Source of the DNA: Thermoleophilia bacterium
Lineage (GTDB): Bacteria; Actinomycetota; Thermoleophilia; Miltoncostaeales; Miltoncostaeaceae
Assembly: GCA_043746815.1 (NCBI GenBank)
Contig: JAYTQG010000226.1
Span: 647-64,646, forward strand
DNA length: 64,000 bases
Direction: 5' to 3'
In this document: one piece after another, positions 23,348 to 32,882 of the stretch
Numbering within the stretch: the stretch's first letter is position 1
Layout of the letters: every line of letters begins with the position of its first letter
The notes under the pieces: model-generated
What the model saw: only the letters and a program-made list of their open reading frames with translations
The model's database searches: none
Told to the model about the DNA's origin: nothing
Made by a program: the position numbers and the translations under genes

Positions 23348-23908
23348 CTACTCCTCCGGGGCGATCAGACCGAAGTGCCCGTCGTCACGTCGGTAGAGGA
23401 CGCTGACCATGTCGGTGTTGCGGTCTCGGAAGACGAAGAAGTCATGCGAGATCAACTCCAGCTGCAACATCGCGTCGTCGAGACCCATGGGCTTCATCTC
23501 GAAGCGCTTGCGCTTCACGAGCTTGCCGATCTCTGGCTCCGCGGGCGTGGCAGTGGGCTCTGCGCCCTTCAGCGCGACACCGTTCTTGCCGTGCTCGCGA
23601 TGGTCGCGACGTCGTTCTCGGAACTTGGCGGCCTGACGCTCGAGCTTGCCCACGACGTGGTCGATCGCGAGGTACATGTCGTCCGCGCCGTCGCGCGCGC
23701 GGAGGACGGACCCTTTGGAACGGACCGTTGCCTCTGCGACCTGGCGGTGCGGGTTGTCGCGATGGTGGTCGACGAAGAGCTCCACCTCGACATGTGTTGC
23801 GGTGTCCCACGGAGAGATTAGGCGGTCAAGCTTGCCGATCTTCTTTTCGACGTGGGATTTGAGCGCGTCGGTGAGGGGAAGGTTCTTACCCCGGACCTGT
23901 AGCTGCAT
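23348..23908 (-). CDS. hpf: Ribosome hibernation promoting factor, long form
   Basis: MQLQVRGKNLPLTDALKSHVEKKIGKL N-domain plus a C-terminal dimerisation domain (FVFRDRNTDMVSVLYRRDDGHFGLI). Confidence 0.9.
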   Translation of the reverse strand: MQLQVRGKNLPLTDALKSHVEKKIGKLDRLISPWDTATHVEVELFVDHHRDNPHRQVAEATVRSKGSVLRARDGADDMYLAIDHVVGKLERQAAKFRERRRDHREHGKNGVALKGAEPTATPAEPEIGKLVKRKRFEMKPMGLDDAMLQLELISHDFFVFRDRNTDMVSVLYRRDDGHFGLIAPEE

Positions 23909-23950
23909 TTCGGCCTCCAAGCATTGTGGTGGACGAGCGCCTGACAAACG

Positions 23951-24652
23951 TCATCTCCTAATGTAGCTCGGCCAGACACGTGCGACCGTGATCGCCGAGA
24001 CCCTTGTCGCGCCGGAACGCCGCAACGCCCGCCCGCATGCGGCCAGGGTGGCCCCGGTGGTATGGACATCGTCGACGATCACGAGGCGACCGGCGGGGAT
24101 GACCGGGGCGGTTGCGAACGCCCCTGCCACCTGTCGCAGACGATCGGTCCGGGACGCTCCGCGTTGGGCGAGGGCTGGCCGGGTTCGCTCCAGTGCGTGT
24201 GCGACGGGAAGCTCCCAGAGTTGGCCGAGTGCAGTGGCGATGCGCTCTGCTTGATTGAACCCGCGCGTGCGGGCGCGACGGCGATCGAGGGGCACCGGGA
24301 CCAGCACCGCCGTGTCCGGGCGAGCGACGTTTTGGACGACGAGCTCGGCAAGTACGCGCGCAAGCGGCGAGCGCCCGCGGTCTTTTAGTTCTGAGATGGC
24401 GTTTGCGACTGGTCCGTCGTAGGCGGCGGCATGGTCGGCAAACAGGATTGGTCGCCCGTGGCAGTCTCCGCACCGGTGCACTGCCTCCGGTGTCTCGACG
24501 ATCTGACCACAGCCCCGGCAGACCGGTTCGCGGCGCCACGAAATTTGAGCGAAGCAGGCCGCGCACAGGTCATCGCCCGGTAGGCCACAGCCGCCGCACG
24601 AACTCGGAAGGACGATCTCGCCGAGGCGCGTGAGAATTCTGGGTATTGCCAT
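23951..24652 (-). CDS. comF: ComF family protein (phosphoribosyltransferase-like)
   Basis: N-terminal Cys-rich zinc motifs (CGGCG...CAAC...CRGCG) and a PRT-type VIVDDVHTTGAT motif. Confidence 0.85.
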   Translation of the reverse strand: MAIPRILTRLGEIVLPSSCGGCGLPGDDLCAACFAQISWRREPVCRGCGQIVETPEAVHRCGDCHGRPILFADHAAAYDGPVANAISELKDRGRSPLARVLAELVVQNVARPDTAVLVPVPLDRRRARTRGFNQAERIATALGQLWELPVAHALERTRPALAQRGASRTDRLRQVAGAFATAPVIPAGRLVIVDDVHTTGATLAACGRALRRSGATRVSAITVARVWPSYIRR

Positions 24653-24812
24653 CGCGCGAGCCTTTCAGCGAGTGGTGTGAACGCGGGCGGCCAAAACGTC
24701 ACGCTCGTGCGCCAGATGGGCGACTCAGGGTTTTGCCGAAGGCTGCCGATACCTTTGCTGAGGCAAGGATGCCTTGGCGGTTCGTCCGTGCAGCACAACA
24801 GGGAGGTTCGCG

Positions 24813-24920
24813 TTGAATCGTTTCATTTCACGGTCCCCTCGGGTTGCTCGCATGGTTCTCGGGATGGCGTCGCTTGTCGCGCTTATCGCGGGTTCCGGTG
24901 CTGGCTATAAGTGGTGGTAG
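24813..24920 (+). CDS. Mini-ORF 1: 35-codon basic/hydrophobic peptide
   Basis: TTG start 6 nt after GGGAGG. LNRFISRSPRVARMVLGMASLVALIAGSGAGYKWW. Paralogous to the next mini-ORF. Below the ORF-track cutoff. Confidence 0.45.
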   Translation: MNRFISRSPRVARMVLGMASLVALIAGSGAGYKWW

Positions 24921-24922
24921 GC

Positions 24923-25033
24923 GTGCATCGCCTGCTGAGCCGCTTTCCCCGGATCGGTCGGATTGTCCTTTCGACGAGCACGTTGGTCAGTCTCGCGCTG
25001 GCTGCCGGTGCCGGTCAGAAGTGGACCAAGTAG
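24923..25033 (+). CDS. Mini-ORF 2: 36-codon basic/hydrophobic peptide (paralog of mini-ORF 1)
   Basis: GTG start 2 nt after the stop of mini-ORF 1. VHRLLSRFPRIGRIVLSTSTLVSLALAAGAGQKWTK. 16 of 35 positions are identical to mini-ORF 1 by hand alignment. Confidence 0.45.
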   Translation: MHRLLSRFPRIGRIVLSTSTLVSLALAAGAGQKWTK

Positions 25034-25058
25034 CGCCTCGGTGATGCTTCCCTGAACG

Positions 25059-26807
25059 TTGGGGAGCATCACCGTTGTTTTCTCGCACGCCGCGAACTTC
25101 TCCCGAAAGTCTCTCGTGTTCCTCCTCCTCGCTCTCGTCCCAGCGCTCCTCGCCGCCCGACTGCTCGGTGGCCAACTCTCCCGGGTCTTCGACTACCCGT
25201 GGCGGCACTCCTGGTTGATTTGGGCGTCGATGGCGGTCCAACTTCCACTGTTCTCACCCGTTGGCGAACAGCACCTCTCGCCTGGACAGGTCGCCATCCT
25301 CCATGTCGCGACCTACATCCCGACCCTGCTCTTCTTCGCGCTCAATCTGGGCTCGGGTCTCGCCCTGATGCTGACCGGAACGGTGCTGAACCTCATTCCG
25401 ATCATCGCGAACGGCGGCCATATGCCCGTCGATCCGCGGGCCTGGAACTCGGCATTCCCCGGACGGCCTCTCGCCGACGGTGACGCGGCGAACACTGTCG
25501 TCACGGGCGTCCATCACCTGCAGTTTCTGGGGGACACGATGGCGATGCCCGATTGGTTTCTCTTCTCGAATGCCTTCAGCATTGGCGACCTCCTCCTGGC
25601 CGTTGGGCTGATGTACACCTTCTGTCGCCTCTCACTGGATGCGCCCCCAATTGGCCGCGCGCTGCTGGTGGATCTGACCCGGACGACGCGGGCGTTGGCC
25701 GCTGGTGGGACCTTCCGCGCGACGTATTGGGCCACATTTGGTGACTGGATGATCATCGCGTGCGCCGCCGGTTGGGCCGCCGTCGCTGGCGGTGCCCGAC
25801 TGGTCGCCGTTCTACTTGCAGCTCGGTTGATTCCCGGAATGCTTGCCGCGACGCGCCGGACTCCCTCCCTGTGGACTCGCATCGCTCCGCTTGCCGCGGG
25901 GGGGGCCGCGATCGCGCTCGCTGTCAGTGTGGCGAACGGTTGGACGATCGCCGTTGGCGTCTCAGCGGTTGCGCTCGGCGCAGCACGGGGTGCAAGTTCT
26001 GGCACACGTGAGGTTGGCCGGGTTTCGCGCGATGATCTGGACCGCGCCTTGCTCGCCGCGAGTCTCGCCAGCCGCCTTGCGATGGCGACCGGGCTCGGAG
26101 CAGGTGCGATCGCGACGATGTTCCTTGGGCCCGCCAGCGGACTGGCGGTGGCCGCCGCAATCCTCCTCGTATCCATTCCTGCCGCTGTGGCGAGTGCGAG
26201 TGGCGAGCGTCCGTCGGCCGAATCACTCTGGGAGGTCGCTGGTCGGCATCATCGGGTGATGCTCCTTCTGTCGGCGTGTGCCGTCGGAGCAACCGCGATT
26301 GCGTCCTCGGCGCCAGCGATCGCGGAGCACGCAGTGGTCCTCGGCGGTGGTAGGGCGGTATTTGGCTGGTTGTTTGGTGCACTGGCGATTGGCCTGCTGT
26401 GCGGCCAGCTGGTCGTCTGGTCATTTGTTCAAACCGGTGGGAACGGCGGCCGTGCCATTGGCCTCGCCCTCAGCGGATTGGCAGTGGCCCTCGGACTTGC
26501 CGCCGGGGCAGACCTTGTGGCGACACTGGCCTGCGCGACGGGCGTCGCTGGACTTTCCCTCGGAGCGGCCGACGCTCTCTTGCGTCTTGAAATTGTTCGT
26601 ACCGGCGAGCGTCGGATGTGGCAGGCCGCAGCGGCGGCGCTCGGTGCCGGAGCGATTGCCGGACTCGTCGCGGCAGCGCTTGCTCCAGATCAGGGCCAGA
26701 TCCTCTGGATCGCCTGTGGCGCAGCCCTCGTCGTGAGCCTGCTGGTACTGCTCGTCGGAGCGCGGTCAAGCGTTCGTTCAAACGGGCCCGTGGCCTCCAC
26801 CGCATGA
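25059..26807 (+). CDS. Polytopic membrane protein: DUF5317-like N-terminal module fused to an Ala/Gly/Leu-rich multi-TM region
   Basis: 582 aa. IPIIANGGHMPVDPRAW and FSIGDLLLAVGLMY resemble DUF5317 (assignment from memory). Many hydrophobic segments follow. Confidence 0.7.
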   Translation: MGSITVVFSHAANFSRKSLVFLLLALVPALLAARLLGGQLSRVFDYPWRHSWLIWASMAVQLPLFSPVGEQHLSPGQVAILHVATYIPTLLFFALNLGSGLALMLTGTVLNLIPIIANGGHMPVDPRAWNSAFPGRPLADGDAANTVVTGVHHLQFLGDTMAMPDWFLFSNAFSIGDLLLAVGLMYTFCRLSLDAPPIGRALLVDLTRTTRALAAGGTFRATYWATFGDWMIIACAAGWAAVAGGARLVAVLLAARLIPGMLAATRRTPSLWTRIAPLAAGGAAIALAVSVANGWTIAVGVSAVALGAARGASSGTREVGRVSRDDLDRALLAASLASRLAMATGLGAGAIATMFLGPASGLAVAAAILLVSIPAAVASASGERPSAESLWEVAGRHHRVMLLLSACAVGATAIASSAPAIAEHAVVLGGGRAVFGWLFGALAIGLLCGQLVVWSFVQTGGNGGRAIGLALSGLAVALGLAAGADLVATLACATGVAGLSLGAADALLRLEIVRTGERRMWQAAAAALGAGAIAGLVAAALAPDQGQILWIACGAALVVSLLVLLVGARSSVRSNGPVASTA

Positions 26808-28111
26808 CACGCGCCGCCAGCATTGTCGCGTTCGTCGTCCTGACGATCGGCGCACTGATGACGTCGTTCGCCGTCGCGCTTGCCGCGGGTGGCGGACGGG
26901 TCTCGGTTCCCTTGGTTGTCGGACTCGTTGTCGCAGCGACACTCGGAGAGGTCGCCACGATCGTGGGCGACGATGAGGAGGGCGAGCGCACCTTCAGCGT
27001 GGGTACGACGGCGCACATTGCCGCTGCGCTGTTGCTGCCGGTTGCTTGGGCTGGTCTCGTTGCCCTTGCTGGCGGCCTTGCCGGTGAGCGCGCACGCCGG
27101 GCGCCGCTCCTTCAGACGGCGTTCAACGGTTCGGTCGCCGTTTCGTGCACGATGGGTGCGTCGCTGACGGTGCGTTGGCTTCATCCATCAACAGCGTTCG
27201 ACTGGCCGATGTACCTGGCGGTTGGGGCGGCGGTCCTCGTCTACGTTCCGCTGAACATCGGCCCGGTCGGGGCCATCTGCTCCGCGGCCGCGGGTGAGCG
27301 GTGGCGGCCCATGAGCTGGCTGCCTCCCATGGATCTTCTGACCTTCCTGATGGAAGGCTGTCTGGGTACCGTCCTGGCCATCCTCACCCGGCAAGCGCCG
27401 GTCGGATTGCTCTTTGCCGCGCCGCTGCTGCTCACGATCTTTCTCTCGCAGAAGCGGTACCGGCTGCTGCGCCGAGAGACCCGACGGACGCTGCGCGCAC
27501 TGGTGTCGGTCATCGACGCTCGCGATCCAGCCACGGCCGCACATTCGGAGCGGGTCGGAGACCTGGCGGCCCGGATCGTTGACGCGGCGGGACTTGGCCA
27601 GCGGGTCTCGCGTGATGCCCGTTGGGCGGGGCGTCTGCACGACCTCGGGAAGCTCTCTGTTGAGGACGCGATCCTGTTCAAGAATGGTCCCCTGGACGAC
27701 AATGAATGGAACATCATGCGACGCCATCCTGCGGTGTCGGCGGAGCTCCTGGAACCCCTCGGGCTGACACGCCACCTGGCGCCGGTCGTCCGCTTCCACC
27801 ATGAGCGTTTTGACGGAACGGGCTACTACCGCGTACCGGGGGATCGCGTGCCGCTGATCTCCATGATCCTGGTGATCGCCGACTCGTTCGATGCGATGAC
27901 AACCGACCGTCCGTACCGCAGCGGCATGGACATCGAGGATGCCTTGGATGAGATCCTTCACGGTGCCGGTTCGCAGTTCCACCCAGAGTTCGCCCGCATC
28001 TTCGTCGCCATGATGCGGGGGCTTCCCATCCCCGACCTCAGCGACGACCTTCGCCCGGCGGCAATGGCGTCGGCAACACGCGCGCTGAAGAGCCTCGCCA
28101 CCTCGTCGTGA
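26804..28111 (+). CDS. Membrane-bound HD-GYP phosphodiesterase (c-di-GMP)
   Basis: ATG overlaps the upstream stop (ATGA). About 7 TM segments, then HSERV, HDLGK and HHERFDGTGYY motifs. Confidence 0.85.
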   Translation: MTRAASIVAFVVLTIGALMTSFAVALAAGGGRVSVPLVVGLVVAATLGEVATIVGDDEEGERTFSVGTTAHIAAALLLPVAWAGLVALAGGLAGERARRAPLLQTAFNGSVAVSCTMGASLTVRWLHPSTAFDWPMYLAVGAAVLVYVPLNIGPVGAICSAAAGERWRPMSWLPPMDLLTFLMEGCLGTVLAILTRQAPVGLLFAAPLLLTIFLSQKRYRLLRRETRRTLRALVSVIDARDPATAAHSERVGDLAARIVDAAGLGQRVSRDARWAGRLHDLGKLSVEDAILFKNGPLDDNEWNIMRRHPAVSAELLEPLGLTRHLAPVVRFHHERFDGTGYYRVPGDRVPLISMILVIADSFDAMTTDRPYRSGMDIEDALDEILHGAGSQFHPEFARIFVAMMRGLPIPDLSDDLRPAAMASATRALKSLATSS

Positions 28112-28192
28112 GAACGGGTCTCCGGGCGTTTGCGCTGCGGCCATGGTACGTTCGCTCGTCGGCTCGTTCCGGCGCCGCACGCCCTGCCGTAA

Positions 28193-29671
<1,479 letters not shown>

Positions 29672-29715
29672 GTGAGTGATCCGGGGCCGAATTGAGGTGC
29701 CGGTTTCGGGAAAGG

Positions 29716-30297
29716 CTACGACCGTGCAAACGCCAGTAGCGCCTCGATGTTCCCCCCGTCAGCAAGACGGAGCGCATCGAGGTAGCGCTGGCGGGTCGCC
29801 CCTGGCGTCGTGATGGTTGAGCGGCCCCAGTTGAGTGTGGGCCGACCCATCGAGCGGGCGAGTGCGTCAGCCGCGAGTCGCGAGTGGCGGCCGTTTCCAT
29901 TTACGAACGGGTGGATGGAGACCAGACGGTGCGAGAAGTGAACCGCGAGCCGGTCCGGTTCCATGTTCGTGTCACGCCAGACTCGTGTGTCGTCGATTAA
30001 CGATCGAACTTCGACCGGGATAGTGAACCACGTGGTTCCAAGGTTGGTTCCTGAACGTCGGTATTCACCCGCCCAGCGCCAGACTCCGGCGAACATCCGC
30101 CGGTGGAGGTCTCGCACGAAGTGCTCACTGAGGATGCGGTCAGGGTCGCGCCGTTCGCTCACGAGCCAACGAACCGCGCTCGCGATGCTGAGTGCCTCTG
30201 CCGTATTGAGGCCAGCCCGGGTCGCCAGTGGCAGGAGGAGCGCCTCGGCGCCGTCCGGTCCCAGGGGTGTCTGCCCCCCGATGTTGCCGTCGATCAC
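29716..30297 (-). CDS. Fic family protein ('mobile mystery protein B' type)
   Basis: Fic motif HPFVNGNGRHSR. 4-nt overlap with the upstream HTH gene. Confidence 0.85.
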   Translation of the reverse strand: MIDGNIGGQTPLGPDGAEALLLPLATRAGLNTAEALSIASAVRWLVSERRDPDRILSEHFVRDLHRRMFAGVWRWAGEYRRSGTNLGTTWFTIPVEVRSLIDDTRVWRDTNMEPDRLAVHFSHRLVSIHPFVNGNGRHSRLAADALARSMGRPTLNWGRSTITTPGATRQRYLDALRLADGGNIEALLAFARS

Positions 30298-30785
30298 CGG
30301 TCACGCCAAAGCGTGCCACGTCTGGCCGAGGTGAGCTGGCGAGCGCGATCAGCAACCACGTCGTCGGACATGGTGACGTCCTGGGCCTCAAGCGCCATCG
30401 TGTGCTCGACAGCGTCGATCTCCGCGCGAGCAATGGCAAATGCTCGAGTCTGCACCGTTTCTTCCAGTGGAACCCGCGGAACAAGCACATAGATCAACTG
30501 GCAATCGAGTGCCTCGGCGGCGCGTCGCAACGTACCGAGGCGCACGCGATCCGCGACCTCCGACCGTTCGAGTCCGTGCACTGACTCTTGGCTGACGTCA
30601 AGCCGTTCGCCGAGTTGGCGTTCGGTCATTCCGAGAGCAATGCGAATCGCGCCTATCCAGCCCTTCCGCGGTCGCTGGAGGTCGGCGACCATGCGGAAGG
30701 AGTCGATCTGCGCATCGAGATCCTGGCGCACGATTGCGCTGAGGCTACCACGAGATATAGTCTTTAACCTCTGAATATCCGCCAT
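30294..30785 (-). CDS. HTH (XRE-like) protein ('mobile mystery protein A' type)
   Basis: 163 aa. HTH segment IRIALGMTERQLGERLDVSQESVHGLE. Encoded immediately upstream of, and overlapping, the Fic gene. Confidence 0.75.
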   Translation of the reverse strand: MADIQRLKTISRGSLSAIVRQDLDAQIDSFRMVADLQRPRKGWIGAIRIALGMTERQLGERLDVSQESVHGLERSEVADRVRLGTLRRAAEALDCQLIYVLVPRVPLEETVQTRAFAIARAEIDAVEHTMALEAQDVTMSDDVVADRARQLTSARRGTLWRDR

Positions 30786-31206
30786 GAAAATAGGTTAGCA
30801 AGCCTTTTTCGAGGAAACGAGCCGAGGAGCGCAACCATTGATCCGTCCCGTGAAACACCTTGGGCCTGGGCGGGATTCCCGGCCGACGTGTCGGCCGTGG
30901 GGGGTGAGCAGGGGTGTCGTACTCGTCCGCGAAAATAGACCTCTGTGGCGGACTCGTTGCGACGACTGACCGGGCGCGGTACCCTCGACGGGTCAATACC
31001 GGTTGAGATGTCGCTGCGCATTCAGTGCGCGACCCGCCGTAGGCAGACGCCGACCTTGGCGTCGTTACCGATGAGGTGATGTGAGCACCGACGCACCCCC
31101 AAACAGTCCAAACGAACATGCGCGCAACGCTCGGCGTCTGGCGCGCCAGACGGGCCGGATGGGCAGCCGTTCTTCACGCGAGGATGGCTTTGGCCGGGAT
31201 GGAGTG

Positions 31207-31959
31207 ATGCGTCCGGGCGACGGCCCGATGGTGGTCTTCGATCACGTCACCAAGGCCTACAGCACCGAAGTGCTCGGCCTGAATGACATCTCGGTCACGA
31301 TCGACTCGGGTGAGTTTGTCTTCCTCGTGGGCCCCTCCGGCTCCGGGAAATCGACATTCATCCGCACCCTGATCAAGGAACTCGACGTCGACTCTGGGCG
31401 CCTGCTGATCGGTGGACGCGACCTCAGTCAACTGGCCCGCGGGCGCGTCCCTTACCTGCGCCGCTCAATCGGCTGCGTCTTCCAGGATTTCAAATTGCTC
31501 CCGAACCGCACCGCGTTCGAGAACATCGCCTACTCGCTGGAGGTGACCGGTGAGAGCAGTCGAACCTCACGGCGCAAGATCCAAGAGATCCTGACGCTCG
31601 TGGGTCTGGACGGGAAGGGCGACCGCCTTCCGACCGAGCTTTCGGGTGGTGAGCAGCAGCGGGTTTCGGTGGCCCGGGCGTTCGTCAACCACCCCCGCCT
31701 CCTGATCGCGGACGAGCCCACCGGAAACCTGGATCCCGAAACGTCCATCGGAATCATGCAATTGCTGTACCGGATCAACCGCACGGGCACCACCGTGGTC
31801 GTGGCGACCCATGACCGCGACATGGTCGACCGGATGCAGATGCGCGTCATCGCCCTTGAAGCCGGACGCATCGTCCGCGACCAGAAGGGTGGGGCGTACT
31901 TGCACCCCGAACACCTGGATGCTCAATCCGAGACCGGTCCCGTTGGGGAGAGCGCATGA
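31207..31959 (+). CDS. ftsE: Cell division ATP-binding protein FtsE
   Basis: Walker A GPSGSGKST, ABC signature LSGGEQQR, Walker B LLIADEP. Start uncertain: 31207 or 31228. The ORF opens at 31081. Confidence 0.9.
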   Translation: MRPGDGPMVVFDHVTKAYSTEVLGLNDISVTIDSGEFVFLVGPSGSGKSTFIRTLIKELDVDSGRLLIGGRDLSQLARGRVPYLRRSIGCVFQDFKLLPNRTAFENIAYSLEVTGESSRTSRRKIQEILTLVGLDGKGDRLPTELSGGEQQRVSVARAFVNHPRLLIADEPTGNLDPETSIGIMQLLYRINRTGTTVVVATHDRDMVDRMQMRVIALEAGRIVRDQKGGAYLHPEHLDAQSETGPVGESA

Positions 31960-32882
31960 ACCCGCGCTTTTTCCTTCGCGAAGGCATCCGCTCGATGCGA
32001 GCCAACTCCGCGATTGCCCTCGCTGCGACGATTACGGTGCTGCTCACCCTCTCCATCCTTGGAGCCGTTCTGGTTTCGTACCAGTACATCAGCTCCGCCC
32101 TGGACCATCAGACGAACCGCCTCGACATTCGCGCGTCCCTTCGCTTCGACGTGACCCCAGACCAACAGGCCGCGTTCGAACAGCGCATGAAAGCCACCCC
32201 ACATGTGGAGTCGGTGAAGTACGTCTCGCCAGCTGACGGTCTTGAGGAACTCAAGAAGACCCTGAAGGACCCGAAGCTCCTCGAGGGCGTTGCTTCGAAC
32301 CCGTTGCCGCCCGAACTTCGCGCGACACCCGATGATGCGAACAATGCCCAGTCCATCATCAATGCACTCAAGGGTGACCCAGCACTCTTGGTCTGCAAAC
32401 CCGTCACCGGTGTTACCGACGCGGCCTGCAAGGCCGACACTGGAATGACCTACGGCGGCGAGTCCGCGGCGACCCTCATCCGCATCAGAAACTGGATCAA
32501 ATGGGTTGGGCTGATCATGGTCATTGGCCTCGTGCTGTCGTCGATCTTCCTGATCGCGAACACGATTCAGCTCTCGATGTTTGCCAGGCGCCGTGAGGTT
32601 GAGGTCATGAAGTTGGTGGGGGCCACAAACTGGTTCATCCGCTGGCCCTTCATTATCGAGGGGATCCTTTGTGGCGTGGCGGGCGCACTGCTCGCCGTTA
32701 CCTTCCTCTGGATCACGAAGGCAACGCTCATTCAGGACCTCGCTGGCCTCGGTAAGGGACTGACCCGCGATGATGCGACGACCATGAGCTTCCCGGCACT
32801 TGCGCTGTCACTCATCGGGGCGGGTGCCCTCGTTGGTGCCCTCGGCAGTGGGTTCACGCTGCGGCGTTTCCTGCGCGTGTGA
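31956..32882 (+). CDS. ftsX: Cell division permease FtsX
   Basis: ATGA overlap with ftsE. N-terminal TM, periplasmic-type loop, and C-terminal FtsX 3-TM domain. Confidence 0.9.
   Translation: MNPRFFLREGIRSMRANSAIALAATITVLLTLSILGAVLVSYQYISSALDHQTNRLDIRASLRFDVTPDQQAAFEQRMKATPHVESVKYVSPADGLEELKKTLKDPKLLEGVASNPLPPELRATPDDANNAQSIINALKGDPALLVCKPVTGVTDAACKADTGMTYGGESAATLIRIRNWIKWVGLIMVIGLVLSSIFLIANTIQLSMFARRREVEVMKLVGATNWFIRWPFIIEGILCGVAGALLAVTFLWITKATLIQDLAGLGKGLTRDDATTMSFPALALSLIGAGALVGALGSGFTLRRFLRV

Noticed and set aside
31081-31206. Upstream GTG at 31081 (first codon of the open frame) as the ftsE start.
   Set aside because: The extra 42-49 residues are Arg/Ser/Gly-rich and have no counterpart in FtsE proteins. 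FtsE homology begins at MVVFDHVTKAY. A later ATG (31207 or 31228) is more plausible.
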